Assembly (NCBI GenBank): GCA_964627085.1
Contig: CAZVIP010000001.1
Span: 3,654 to 67,653, forward strand
DNA from: an uncultured Candidatus Saccharibacteria bacterium
GTDB taxonomy: Bacteria; Patescibacteriota; Minisyncoccia; Phycocordibacterales; CAIZLB01
DNA: 64,000 nt
Direction: 5' to 3'
The notes under the pieces are model-generated. The model did no database searches. It was given only the letters and a program-made list of their open reading frames with translations, and was not told the DNA's origin. The stretch's first letter is position 1, and every line of letters starts with the position of its first letter. Shown one piece after another: positions 10,630 to 20,650 of this stretch. The position numbers were made by a program, and so were the translations under genes.

Positions 10630-11100
10630 TTACCAAGCGAAGTGTGCGAACGCTTTGTTCGCATCAGCCATCTTATGTGTATTTTCCTTTTTCTTAACTG
10701 CTTCACCTTCATTCTTTGAAGCGGCGAGAATTTCATTAGCAAGCTTGAGGTGCATTGGCTGACCCTTTTTTGATCGTGCAGCTGCGATAATCCAGTTCAT
10801 AGATAGATAAGCCTTTCGTTCTGGTCTTACTTCTCGTGGAACCTGATAGTTCGCGCCTCCGACTCGTCTTGAACGCACTTCCACTGAAGGAGCCGCATTC
10901 TTGAGAGCTGTATCGAAAACTTCAAGAGGATTTTCAGTCTTTGCTAGATCTTTGATTACATCGAGCATGTCGTAAACGACTCTTGATGCAGTCACCTTCT
11001 TTCCATCGAGCATGACGTGGTTAATGAATTTCGCCAAAGAATCAGAGTTATACTTGATATCTGGCTTTAATGTGAGCTTTCGCTTTATTTTTCTTCGCAT
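10630..11100 (-). CDS. rpsG: 30S ribosomal protein S7
   Basis: VEVRSRRVGGANYQVP...HKMADANKAFAH. Confidence 0.99.
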   Translation of the reverse strand: MRRKIKRKLTLKPDIKYNSDSLAKFINHVMLDGKKVTASRVVYDMLDVIKDLAKTENPLEVFDTALKNAAPSVEVRSRRVGGANYQVPREVRPERKAYLSMNWIIAAARSKKGQPMHLKLANEILAASKNEGEAVKKKENTHKMADANKAFAHFAW

Positions 11101-11172
11101 TGTTTTAATCTTGTGCAGTTCTTCAGCATGTAACGCTTTTTACATACTTACTCTGCTTATAATAATTTATAA

Positions 11173-11592
11173 TTATTTCTTCGCTTCTTTTGGACGTTTT
11201 GTACCGTATGCAGATCGCTCCTTTCGTCGCTTGTCTACTCCAGCACAGTCGAGCTTACCTCGGACGATTGTGTATCTAAGACCTACGTCTTTTACACGAC
11301 CACCTCGGAGAAGTACTACTGAGTGCTCTTGTAGGTTGTGACCCATACCTGGGATATATGCAGTAACTTCATAACCGTTTGTAAGTCTTACTCGAGCAAT
11401 CTTTCGAACCGCTGAGTTAGGCTTCTTTGGAGTCTTTGTAGTTACCTTTGTACATACACCTCGCTTGAATGGAGAGTCATACTTTACAGGTCTGTTCAAA
11501 AGATGGTTGAAACCACGAGTTAAAGCCACAGCTTTTGATTTTCGCTTGGCCTTAAATCGATTCTTTTTTACTAATTGGTTTAATGTTGGCAT
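11173..11592 (-). CDS. rpsL: 30S ribosomal protein S12
   Basis: [27 protein letters not shown]. Confidence 0.99.
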   Translation of the reverse strand: MPTLNQLVKKNRFKAKRKSKAVALTRGFNHLLNRPVKYDSPFKRGVCTKVTTKTPKKPNSAVRKIARVRLTNGYEVTAYIPGMGHNLQEHSVVLLRGGRVKDVGLRYTIVRGKLDCAGVDKRRKERSAYGTKRPKEAKK

Positions 11593-11786
11593 TAATTACT
11601 TTACTTAAATTTATTCTGATCATTGCAAAAGCCCTGACCCTCGTATAAGTGGACTAAAGACTACTATAAATATAGTTAGAAAGCAAGGCTTTACCCTAGA
11701 TGACGACAATTATATGTAATCCGAGTGCATTCTGACTGGCAATTGACTAACAGCCACCCGGCAACTAACCGACAAATGCCTGACAA

Positions 11787-12392
11787 CTAGCCAACAATTA
11801 CCTTAAAAATGAAGGAAATGACCGGGTTTATTATCTCAACAAAGGCAAAGATAAAAATTAAAGTGAGAAAAAAACCATAACCCTCTATTTTTCTGAACAA
11901 TTCTGCTGTTTTCATTGGGAAAAGCGCATAAAGCACCTTTGAACCATCAAGTGGCGGCAAAGGGACCATATTGAATACTGCGAGCGCGATGTTTGTATAT
12001 ATAGCCATTACAAGTAGTGTTTGTGTGTGCTCGAGTAATCCAACACCATAAAACCTTAATATTAGCCCTAGAATCGTGGCAATTACGACATTTGATAGCG
12101 GGCCAGCTATTGCAACAATTGCCTCACCAAAACGCTTGTTCTTGAGGTTATAAGGATTAAAAGGGACAGGCTTCGCCCAACCAAGCATCAAGCTCCCTGG
12201 CAAAAGCATACATATAATAGGAACAACCACAGATCCTACTGGATCGACATGCTTCAAAGGATTCAAAGTAAGTCTCCCTGCGAGTTTTGCAGTTGGATCA
12301 CCCTGCCAAAGCGCCGCCACACCATGCGATACCTCATGTATAACAACCGAAAAGATGAGGATAATGAATGAAAAAATGAGTAACAAAGCCAT
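11787..12392 (-). CDS. Site-2 protease (M50 family membrane Zn metalloprotease)
   Basis: HEVSH, AGPLSN and NMVPLPPLDGSK motifs; multiple TMs. Confidence 0.92.
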   Translation of the reverse strand: MALLLIFSFIILIFSVVIHEVSHGVAALWQGDPTAKLAGRLTLNPLKHVDPVGSVVVPIICMLLPGSLMLGWAKPVPFNPYNLKNKRFGEAIVAIAGPLSNVVIATILGLILRFYGVGLLEHTQTLLVMAIYTNIALAVFNMVPLPPLDGSKVLYALFPMKTAELFRKIEGYGFFLTLIFIFAFVEIINPVISFIFKVIVG

Positions 12393-12456
12393 GGTCTATG
12401 AGTTAGTGTAAATAAATATTGCCAAACTTAAAATGTATGATACCATGGCTCTACAT

Positions 12457-12699
12457 ATGTCAAAAGTCTGCGCAATTACAAAAAGAAGCTCTCAAAGAGG
12501 CGGCGGTTATTCAAACGCTGTTCGAGCCACTAAATTCAACCCAACAGGAATTGTCCGAAAGTATGCAAACCTTCAGACCAAGAAGATTTTCATCCCTGAA
12601 ATCAACAAATCTGTTCGATTGACTATTTCTACTCGAGCACTCAAGACTATTCAGAAGAATGGTGCGTACGCAACTCTCAAAAAAGCTAACTTGATCTAA
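12457..12699 (+). CDS. rpmB: 50S ribosomal protein L28
   Basis: MSKVCAIT...RKYANLQTKK...ISTRALKTI. Terminator hairpin at 12726-12750. Confidence 0.9.
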   Translation: MSKVCAITKRSSQRGGGYSNAVRATKFNPTGIVRKYANLQTKKIFIPEINKSVRLTISTRALKTIQKNGAYATLKKANLI

Positions 12700-12815
12700 A
12701 TCGGTTATTTTTATAAGTTCGATGGAAAAGGCGCCATGATGGCGCTTTTTTCTTTTCATCATTTATAGTTGGCAGGTAGAGCATCGACACTGTTGTTGTA
12801 CATACTATTTCTGAC

Positions 12816-13832
12816 CTACCGTTTCTGCTGTTGTGCCTCATACATATAGAATCGCGCCGTACCAAGATTGTCTGTTCGGTAAATTTGTTTTTCAGGAACA
12901 TATCTCTTAAGAAGATCCACTACTTGTTTATGCGGGTGGCCGTATGAATTTTTTTCGCCGGATGATATCAGTACTATTTTGGGCTTAATGGTGCTGAGCA
13001 GATATTCTGAAGTTGAGGTCTTTGATCCATGGTGACCAACTTTTAAAATATCGATTGTCCCTGCTCTCTGCGCAAAAATCTTTTCTTCTTCTATACCTGA
13101 GTCACCAGTGAATAGAATTTTATTACCGTTGTTTTGTGAATTGAAAACAAAGACAACTGAGTCTTCATTTGCGGCGCGATTGTTTGTATTTGTCTTTAGC
13201 CTTGAAATCTCTTTTTTGAAATCTGGATAAATAATATTTATACTCGCATCTTTTTGTGCGCGCGCTACAGACTGCACATTATTTTTTTTCGGTAAATTTG
13301 AATGAAATGTTACTCCCACACCATTGAATCCAAGTCTCAGTATTTTTACTCTGCTAATTTTTTTGTCGTCCTTCAGGCGATCTATATATCCATATTTTAG
13401 GGGTGAAGAAATTATTGCCCCGACCTTGTATGACTTGAGTAGTTTTGAAATCACACCCGCATGATCAGCGTCATCGTGTGTCAAAAAAATCAGGTCATAT
13501 GTCTTGCGTTTATATGAAATTGTTTTGAACATATTTTTGAGAATATCAGGAAGACCCCCAAGCTCCGCACTCCGCACATCTGATTCGCTTTTTTCAAATT
13601 TACTAAAATCATTACCTGTGTCGATTAAGATTTTTTGCCCGTGACTTAGCTTCAATGAAAAACTGTCACCTTGTCCAATATCTTTCATTGTGAGTATCTC
13701 AACCTGATTTTCACTGAGTATTCTTTGCCATAACACATAGCCCAAAATGTTCGTGGATGAGACAAAAAGACCCGCCCCCAAAACTAGAAATAGAACCTTT
13801 GTGTAGACATGGTATACTGCTCTTGAAATCAT
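12816..13832 (-). CDS. ComEC/Rec2-type metallo-beta-lactamase fold protein (stand-alone C-terminal ComEC domain)
   Basis: DIGQGD, LIDTG, THDDADH, LFTGD, KVGHHGS, NSYGHP, YRTD. Confidence 0.9.
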   Translation of the reverse strand: MISRAVYHVYTKVLFLVLGAGLFVSSTNILGYVLWQRILSENQVEILTMKDIGQGDSFSLKLSHGQKILIDTGNDFSKFEKSESDVRSAELGGLPDILKNMFKTISYKRKTYDLIFLTHDDADHAGVISKLLKSYKVGAIISSPLKYGYIDRLKDDKKISRVKILRLGFNGVGVTFHSNLPKKNNVQSVARAQKDASINIIYPDFKKEISRLKTNTNNRAANEDSVVFVFNSQNNGNKILFTGDSGIEEEKIFAQRAGTIDILKVGHHGSKTSTSEYLLSTIKPKIVLISSGEKNSYGHPHKQVVDLLKRYVPEKQIYRTDNLGTARFYMYEAQQQKR

Positions 13833-13858
13833 TTACTAGATTTAATTAATTTATTGAT

Positions 13859-14452
13859 ATGACATTTATTGAGAAAAAATTTGAGATCCCAGCACTTGAT
13901 GGCATTAGCCAAAAGACAGTCGATGAACACCTCAAGCTTTATGCAGGGTATGTGAAGCATGCAAACTTAATCCAGGAAAAGCTAAAGGAACTCTACAAAG
14001 ATCAACCTGCAAATGTGTATGTAATTGGTGAGCTCCACAGGCGCTTTGGTTTTGAATTTGATGGAATGAGAAACCACGAACTTTATTTCGATCAGCTCCA
14101 AGGTTCTGCATCACCACTTAGTTCAGACAGTGCGCTCGCACAAAAAATTTCTGCGACATGGGGATCAGTCGAAACATGGATGATTGAGTTCAAAAGTCTC
14201 TGTCTCACACGAGGTATCGGATGGTCGATTTTGCACTATGATAAAAACACTGACACTCTTATCAATTCATGGATCGAGGAACAACATCTTGGACATCTAG
14301 CCGGTGTTGATATTGTCTATGCACTCGATATGTGGGAACACTCATATATGCTCGACTATGTCCCAAGTGAAAAGAAAAATTATGTTGAGTCTTTTATAAA
14401 GAATACAAATTTCTCTGTCCTTGAAAAAAGATTTGAAGCACTACAGTCTTAG
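13859..14452 (+). CDS. sod: Fe/Mn superoxide dismutase
   Basis: NHELYF, GIGW and DMWEHSY metal-binding signature. Confidence 0.9.
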   Translation: MTFIEKKFEIPALDGISQKTVDEHLKLYAGYVKHANLIQEKLKELYKDQPANVYVIGELHRRFGFEFDGMRNHELYFDQLQGSASPLSSDSALAQKISATWGSVETWMIEFKSLCLTRGIGWSILHYDKNTDTLINSWIEEQHLGHLAGVDIVYALDMWEHSYMLDYVPSEKKNYVESFIKNTNFSVLEKRFEALQS

Positions 14453-14620
14453 ATTAAAGTCAGTCGACTTTTTGTCCTAACCACCCTCCTCTGCCACATA
14501 AATCAAACCTATAATTTGTTTGGCACACAGGTAATGTGTTACATACATCTCAAAACTTCTGCCAGTATTGATCCGGCAGGAGTTTTGTTTTTTTGTGAGC
14601 ATATTCTGATTTGCTGTTTT

Positions 14621-16180
14621 TTAGCCATCTTTGATTTGTGTGTTATTCAATCTGGGTTCATGTCTGTAACTTAGATAATTCAGAAAGAAAATTGCAGGCA
14701 ATAGATAGGCATATGCAGTGCACATTTCAACAGTTGAATATATTTTGAGCGGTATTGTTGAGAAAGTGAATGATGAAAAAAACTCAGCCACCCATATTAT
14801 CTCTCCTAACAAAATTGATGAAACCCCTTTGAATAACATAGCGAGAGGCAAAGTGATGTAACTCGCACACAGCATAAGAAGTACCATAAGCATGGTAAAG
14901 GGAATAATAGGAAGTACGAGTATATTTGAGAAAATGAATACTGTAGAGAGATCACCTGATATGTGTAACAGAAGTGGAAATACCAAAATCTGTGTTGCAA
15001 GTGAACTTGAAATTATCTCTCGGAGCATAAATTTTTTTGGAATAAATTTTATCAAATTCCCTATCGGACCAGTCAAAGTCATAAGTCCTAGTGTCGCCAT
15101 AAAGCTCAGTTGAAAAGACATGTCGTATAGCGGAAGCAATGGATTGTGAATAGACATAATAAGTCCGGTGATAAGCAGTAGCATGACCGATGAATTCGAC
15201 TCAAGAAAACTTGTCCCGCGCGGTTCGGGGTCTAAATCTGAATTTGAATTAGGTCCGATATCACCATCACTCATCTCATTATTTTTTTCCGGAATCTTAT
15301 TTTCATAAATTCCAATGAGTGTGTTAACAATCACTGGCACACCACTCATGAGCACAGATCTGACAACGGATGGCGAGGCACCGGTCATCAAGCAAAACAA
15401 AGTCATCAAAACCAAACCGAACACTGATTGTGCAAGCGGTGGAAATCTTTTGAGAACTGAGAAAAGTGCCACCGAAATAATGGAGACATTTGATCCAGAT
15501 AAAACAACAATATGTATCAATCCAACTTTTCTGAATTGCTCGAGTAGTTCAGGTGTCATCGTACCCTTCCCCGAAATAGTGAGGCCAGAAGCAAGGTCAC
15601 TCAGTGGACTATCCAAAAGTGAAAATATTTTATTTTCTAGACGCTTCCGTAAATCAATCAAGCTCCGAGTGAGTGTAAAAGAATGCCTTTGAGTCATCTC
15701 ATGTATCACAAGTTTTTTTATTTCAAATCGTATTCTCTCTTTTCTCAAAAAGTTTGCGTAGCTCAGTTTTTTATCATCACATCCTGAGTTCCCTGAAAGA
15801 CATCTATCTATCTGACCGAGGTTACCAGAAACATACAACATGTCTCCAATATCGACCGATTCATTGATACCAATTTTCGCGAGAGTATCCACCAATGCAA
15901 GACCGTATATATTCGCTGACACATATTCTGGATCACTGACTGTGCCACACATCTTAAAATCTGCCGACTCACACACCTCTGTGACTCTTATCTTGAATGT
16001 ATATTTCTCTGATTTTATTTTTGGCTCCTCGGCGACAAGTATTTTGAAAAAACCTCTCCCGACATGTCGACTAAGTTCTGTCTCCCGAGATTCGGATTCG
16101 GTCACTGAAAAATACCGGATACCATACACCAGACAAAGCACAACCAAAAGAATAATCTGAAGTTTTGTTTTTACCCTCAC
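14621..16180 (-). CDS. comEC: ComEC/Rec2 competence membrane channel (core domain)
   Basis: FRKVGLIHIVVLSGSN, GASPSVVRS, NP...SFQLSF. Confidence 0.9.
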   Translation of the reverse strand: MRVKTKLQIILLVVLCLVYGIRYFSVTESESRETELSRHVGRGFFKILVAEEPKIKSEKYTFKIRVTEVCESADFKMCGTVSDPEYVSANIYGLALVDTLAKIGINESVDIGDMLYVSGNLGQIDRCLSGNSGCDDKKLSYANFLRKERIRFEIKKLVIHEMTQRHSFTLTRSLIDLRKRLENKIFSLLDSPLSDLASGLTISGKGTMTPELLEQFRKVGLIHIVVLSGSNVSIISVALFSVLKRFPPLAQSVFGLVLMTLFCLMTGASPSVVRSVLMSGVPVIVNTLIGIYENKIPEKNNEMSDGDIGPNSNSDLDPEPRGTSFLESNSSVMLLLITGLIMSIHNPLLPLYDMSFQLSFMATLGLMTLTGPIGNLIKFIPKKFMLREIISSSLATQILVFPLLLHISGDLSTVFIFSNILVLPIIPFTMLMVLLMLCASYITLPLAMLFKGVSSILLGEIIWVAEFFSSFTFSTIPLKIYSTVEMCTAYAYLLPAIFFLNYLSYRHEPRLNNTQIKDG

Positions 16181-16283
16181 CTTGCCATCATAAAAAAGTA
16201 CACATTAAATAATGTGTACTTTTTTCTCAAATATTTCCGAAGCCTCAAAACACAGGTGTCCCCACTTTTCTTAATCAACTAGA

Positions 16284-17069
16284 TTAACCAATCTTCAAAA
16301 ACTCACTCACGATTTCATCTTCATTAGATTTTGAAAAAGATTTCTTAAACTTTGCTTTTGATGTACCCTTCACTCTTTTTTCACATTCAGCCCAAGTCTG
16401 ATCTTTGAATATTTGGCCGTCCACCATACTGACATATGAATAAGCTATTGCACTTTTTGATTTTCCGCTGGCAGATTTTTTATTGTCCTTAAAAGTTTTT
16501 ATTTCTTGCTCACTGATAAGCACCAATACATCCTGGTGCGAATAATCTTCTGCAAAACCAGAATAAAGATCTTCAGGATTTCCATCGGCAAAAGAAGTTG
16601 CAATGACATCACATCTTTCATTACCAGGCACTCCAGCATGTCCGGGCACCTGTCTCCACTCAAATGCAAAACCATTTGATTTTAATTTGATGAGTACTTC
16701 ATCAATCGACTTCCAGATATCGGCATTTTTTACATCCTCCTTTCCTTGAGTTATCCAATTATTTCTTTTCCACCCTTTGATCCAGGTTGTGATTCCATTT
16801 ATTAAATAGCCCGAATCCGTATGAATAATACAAGTTTTCTTGATGTCATTTTCCTGATAGTAATCAACAAAAGACTCGAGAGCCTTGAGCAGCGCCATCA
16901 TCTCCATACGATTATTTGTGGTGAGTGCCTCTTTTCCTCCAAATTCATCAACTTTAATTCTGCCATGCGAATCTGGATATACGGCAATTGACCCATATCC
17001 CCCAGGACCAGGATTACCCCTTGATGAACCGTCGCTGTAAATAACTATCGATGCTGGTTTATGTGACAT
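16284..17069 (-). CDS. rnhA: Ribonuclease HI with C-terminal hybrid-binding (Cauli_VI-like) domain
   Basis: YSDGSSRGNPGPGG, TTNNRME, TDS, GHAGVPGNERCD; C-terminal TWAECEKRVKG...AKFKK. Confidence 0.92.
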   Translation of the reverse strand: MSHKPASIVIYSDGSSRGNPGPGGYGSIAVYPDSHGRIKVDEFGGKEALTTNNRMEMMALLKALESFVDYYQENDIKKTCIIHTDSGYLINGITTWIKGWKRNNWITQGKEDVKNADIWKSIDEVLIKLKSNGFAFEWRQVPGHAGVPGNERCDVIATSFADGNPEDLYSGFAEDYSHQDVLVLISEQEIKTFKDNKKSASGKSKSAIAYSYVSMVDGQIFKDQTWAECEKRVKGTSKAKFKKSFSKSNEDEIVSEFLKIG

Positions 17070-17140
17070 ATTATTTATTAAAATTTAATCTGCGATTTTA
17101 TATTTTATGCTTTTATATTTAAGCCAAAACAATATGACCA

Positions 17141-18928
17141 TTATATAACATTTAAAACTTTTATCCTGACTTCACTTGCTCCCCTAAACTGATTGAGCTC
17201 AAGCTGGCCAATAATGACTGGGTTTTTGATAGCCATGAGCTCAGCGAGCTTGTCCGCTCCAGTATATTCAGTAAAAAACTGTATACCTTTTATATGCCCG
17301 CAATCAATTTCTAGATGCTCTTTTGTCTTACCAAATAGCCTAGGTGAAATAGCATGTAGCCCTCTTATCGCAAAGATAGGTCTTTCATTTCCAACTCCAA
17401 ATGGCGACAGCTTGGCAATTTCAGTATATAAACCACGACCAACATCCTTGATATCAATTTCAAGGTCGACAATTGGCAGATCCGAACCTGTAGGCGAAGC
17501 ACTTTCTGACAGACCTGCATCTGCAATTTTATTTTTATTGTCGCTTTTATTCACATATATTTTGTGAAAAGCGCCAACAAGCCCCGCCTCAAGCTCCGCA
17601 ACTTGTTCATTCGTAGTCGAAAACCCTCCTGACATGGCATGTCCGCCTTTGTTCACAAATAAACCCTCTCTAGTACCATTCATAAGCTCGACAATATCGA
17701 CACCCTCAACAGATCTCACTGAACCTTTTATAAGTCCATCATCACTTTGACCCCATACAAATACAGGCTTTTTTGCCAGCTTGAGTATTTGTGTGGCTAC
17801 AAGCCCGAGTATCGGCGGTTTCCATCCTTTGTCACCAATGACAATCACCGGCAACTGTGCGTCCATACCCTTGAGCATAGTATTCACCTGCTTCATGGTT
17901 TCAGCGACCATTGTTTTTCGTTTTGTATTGATGGTGTCGAGCTCTTTTGCCAATCTCATAGCATCATCAAAATTTTGTGCAGTAAGTAAATCAAAAGCCA
18001 ATGCAGGAGAGGCAAGTCTTGAAGCAACATTGATGCGTGGCGAGATTGTAAATGTCACATCTTCTTCCTGCATCTTACTTTTTGGAATAGCATTGCATTC
18101 ACAAAGGGCATTTATCCCAAATCTCTTTGACTTACGAAGAACAATTAGACCGAAATACGCAAGGACACGATTTTCACCAACAAGTGGTACCATGTCAGAT
18201 AACGTTGAAATACCCACCAAATCAAGGAGCCATTTTTCATACCCTTCTGGAATACTAGCCTTATATATAAGGTTATTTTGTTGAATAGTTTTGACCAAAG
18301 CGACGACAATCTTATACATCACCGCAGCTCCACAGAGCATTTTTTCAGGATATAGACATGTCTGCTGTTTTGGATTCACAATTGCAAATACATCCGGCAC
18401 AATATCATGTGGCAAGTGATGATCTGTAACAACAATATCAATATCTCTCCCTTTTGTTTTTTGTGAATAAGCTCTGATATCAGCACATGGAGCAACATCT
18501 GCAATACCACAATCAATCGTGATAACCAACCTGCAATCAGCATCAATATATGGCTCAACTACTGAGCTATGTAGTCCGAAACCTTTTTCGTGTCTATCTG
18601 GGGCAATATACGAGACATTTGAATATGAAATTGTCGTAAAGAAATCATGAATTATAGATGCCCCTGGCAAACCATCTGCATCATAATCAGAGTAAATTAA
18701 AATATGTTCATTGTTTTCAATAGCAGAAAGTATCCTTGTGACTACTTTTTCCATATCCTTGAGTAAAAAAGGGTCATGTATACCCGACTCAAAATCTGGT
18801 GACAAAAACGAATCCCTTTCAATGTCAGAGACTCCACGCAAGTGAAGTAATTTATCCAAAATACTCATATCTTTATAATCCGCATCGAATCCTTTTCCAC
18901 CAGTATGCTGCTTGAGTATATATTTCAT
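17141..18928 (-). CDS. recJ: Single-stranded DNA exonuclease RecJ
   Basis: DYDADG, TIDCG, TDHH, DMVPLVGENR, GGHAMSGG, PFGVGN. Confidence 0.95.
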   Translation of the reverse strand: MKYILKQHTGGKGFDADYKDMSILDKLLHLRGVSDIERDSFLSPDFESGIHDPFLLKDMEKVVTRILSAIENNEHILIYSDYDADGLPGASIIHDFFTTISYSNVSYIAPDRHEKGFGLHSSVVEPYIDADCRLVITIDCGIADVAPCADIRAYSQKTKGRDIDIVVTDHHLPHDIVPDVFAIVNPKQQTCLYPEKMLCGAAVMYKIVVALVKTIQQNNLIYKASIPEGYEKWLLDLVGISTLSDMVPLVGENRVLAYFGLIVLRKSKRFGINALCECNAIPKSKMQEEDVTFTISPRINVASRLASPALAFDLLTAQNFDDAMRLAKELDTINTKRKTMVAETMKQVNTMLKGMDAQLPVIVIGDKGWKPPILGLVATQILKLAKKPVFVWGQSDDGLIKGSVRSVEGVDIVELMNGTREGLFVNKGGHAMSGGFSTTNEQVAELEAGLVGAFHKIYVNKSDNKNKIADAGLSESASPTGSDLPIVDLEIDIKDVGRGLYTEIAKLSPFGVGNERPIFAIRGLHAISPRLFGKTKEHLEIDCGHIKGIQFFTEYTGADKLAELMAIKNPVIIGQLELNQFRGASEVRIKVLNVI

Positions 18929-18968
18929 AAGACTTGTTATTTCCGGATTCTATCATAGAATGCATAAT

Positions 18969-19409
18969 ATGAATCAAAAAATGCATGCAAATCACCAAGA
19001 AGATTGTGTTTTCTGTAAAATTGTTACTGGAGATATCCCAGCCACAAAAATATATGAAGACAGTGAAACCCTAGCCTTTTTAGACATTTCCCCTGTTAGC
19101 CCTGGTCACACTCTCGTAATTCCAAAAGACCATTTCGAAAATATATACACCACACCCACAGAGCTATACTGCAGAATCCAAATGTCAGTACAAAAAGTAG
19201 CACTTGCGGTCAAACAAGCAGTTGATGCAGATGGCATAAACATTATTTCAAACAATGAAGCCGCAGCAGGTCAGGTCATCAACCACTCTCATGTACACAT
19301 CATTCCAAGACATAATGACGACAGTCTCGCCCACTGGCCACATATCCAATACAAAACCGAACAAGAAATCAGCGACACGGCCGAGAAGATCAGAAAAGAG
19401 CTCAACTAG
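18969..19409 (+). CDS. HIT family nucleotide hydrolase
   Basis: CVFCKI, GHTLVIPK, HSHVHIIPR histidine triad. ATG at 18969 follows TAGAAT. Confidence 0.93.
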   Translation: MNQKMHANHQEDCVFCKIVTGDIPATKIYEDSETLAFLDISPVSPGHTLVIPKDHFENIYTTPTELYCRIQMSVQKVALAVKQAVDADGINIISNNEAAAGQVINHSHVHIIPRHNDDSLAHWPHIQYKTEQEISDTAEKIRKELN

Positions 19410-19441
19410 CGCTAAATTCAATTAGCAACTGACTTAGCTGG

Positions 19442-20650
19442 TTAGGCAAGCGCATCAATTCCAGGCAAAGTTTCATTTTGCAGAAATTCAATCATAGCCC
19501 CACCACCTGTTGATATATAGACTGATGGATTTACATTATCTATTTCTGCAATCGCAGCTGTCGTATCTCCACCACCAAGAAGTGACTCAATACCTCGGTC
19601 TGATAACAATTTAGCGAGAGCAATCGTTTGCTCTTTGAATCCAATTTCATAATTGCCCATAGGTCCATTCCAGAGTACAAATGGTTTTTGGCCACTTGCA
19701 TCACATTCATCAAAAAACTTAGTGACTTCTGCAATTAAATCAGGTCCGATATCCAATACTGATTCATTTCCACCTACCATATCTGTCGCCACAGTCCGGA
19801 TCTGTCCGTCTGTGTTTTTCACAATCACATCTTTTGGAATGATTAATTTCGGACTATTTATTATGGATGAAAGAGATACCTCGACATCACTCACGAGTGA
19901 AGTACCTACACTGAGCCCTTTTGCTTTCATAATATCGTTGAAAAGCGCACCACCAACAATAACCTTATCAGCACTCTGCATAAACTTTTCAATCAAAGGA
20001 AGTTTGGTTTCAAATTTTGCACCGCCAAGTACAAATAGAAATGGATGAGTTGGATGAAGTCCTTTTTTCAAAAAACTAATTTCTTTTTCAAGTTGGAATC
20101 CTGCAGCATGTGGAAGTAGTGCTGGCAAACCAGTAACTGATGCATGTGCTCTATGTGAGACAGAAAAAGCATCATTGATATAAAAATCCGCGAATGACGC
20201 AAGTATTTTCGCAAATGCAGGATCATTTTCTTTTTCCCCTGGTACCACTCGAAGGTTTTCAAACAAAACAATACTATCCCCCAAAGACATTATTTCAGCC
20301 TTAATTGAAGCCGCATTTTCAGGACTTACATATGCATCGTCAACAAAAAGTCTTGCTGGCATATCAGGCATGAAATTAACCGCAAATGGATATTCAGCAG
20401 GATTTGATGCATGAATATTATTAATATGCGCAGCGACAGCATCAAGACTTGCTTTTTGTTTATTCTCAATATGTGAGATTAAAATAATTTTTGCGCCCGC
20501 TTTAATCAAAAAAGAAATAGTCTCAAAAGATGATTTAATTCTAAAGTCATCAATCACCTTCCCATCGATAACCGGCACATTATAATCCACACGTACAATA
20601 ACTGTTTTTCCACTAAGTTCCGAAGGGTTTATTTGTGAGATGAGTTTCAT
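19442..20650 (-). CDS. pgk: Phosphoglycerate kinase
   Basis: VRVDYNVP, FENLR, INDAF, WNGPMG, GGGDT, STGGGA. Confidence 0.97.
   Translation of the reverse strand: MKLISQINPSELSGKTVIVRVDYNVPVIDGKVIDDFRIKSSFETISFLIKAGAKIILISHIENKQKASLDAVAAHINNIHASNPAEYPFAVNFMPDMPARLFVDDAYVSPENAASIKAEIMSLGDSIVLFENLRVVPGEKENDPAFAKILASFADFYINDAFSVSHRAHASVTGLPALLPHAAGFQLEKEISFLKKGLHPTHPFLFVLGGAKFETKLPLIEKFMQSADKVIVGGALFNDIMKAKGLSVGTSLVSDVEVSLSSIINSPKLIIPKDVIVKNTDGQIRTVATDMVGGNESVLDIGPDLIAEVTKFFDECDASGQKPFVLWNGPMGNYEIGFKEQTIALAKLLSDRGIESLLGGGDTTAAIAEIDNVNPSVYISTGGGAMIEFLQNETLPGIDALA

Noticed and set aside
11730-11790. Degenerate ~7-nt repeats (CAACTRA/CTGAC-like), also near 19407-19445
   Set aside because: Too short and degenerate to distinguish from chance.
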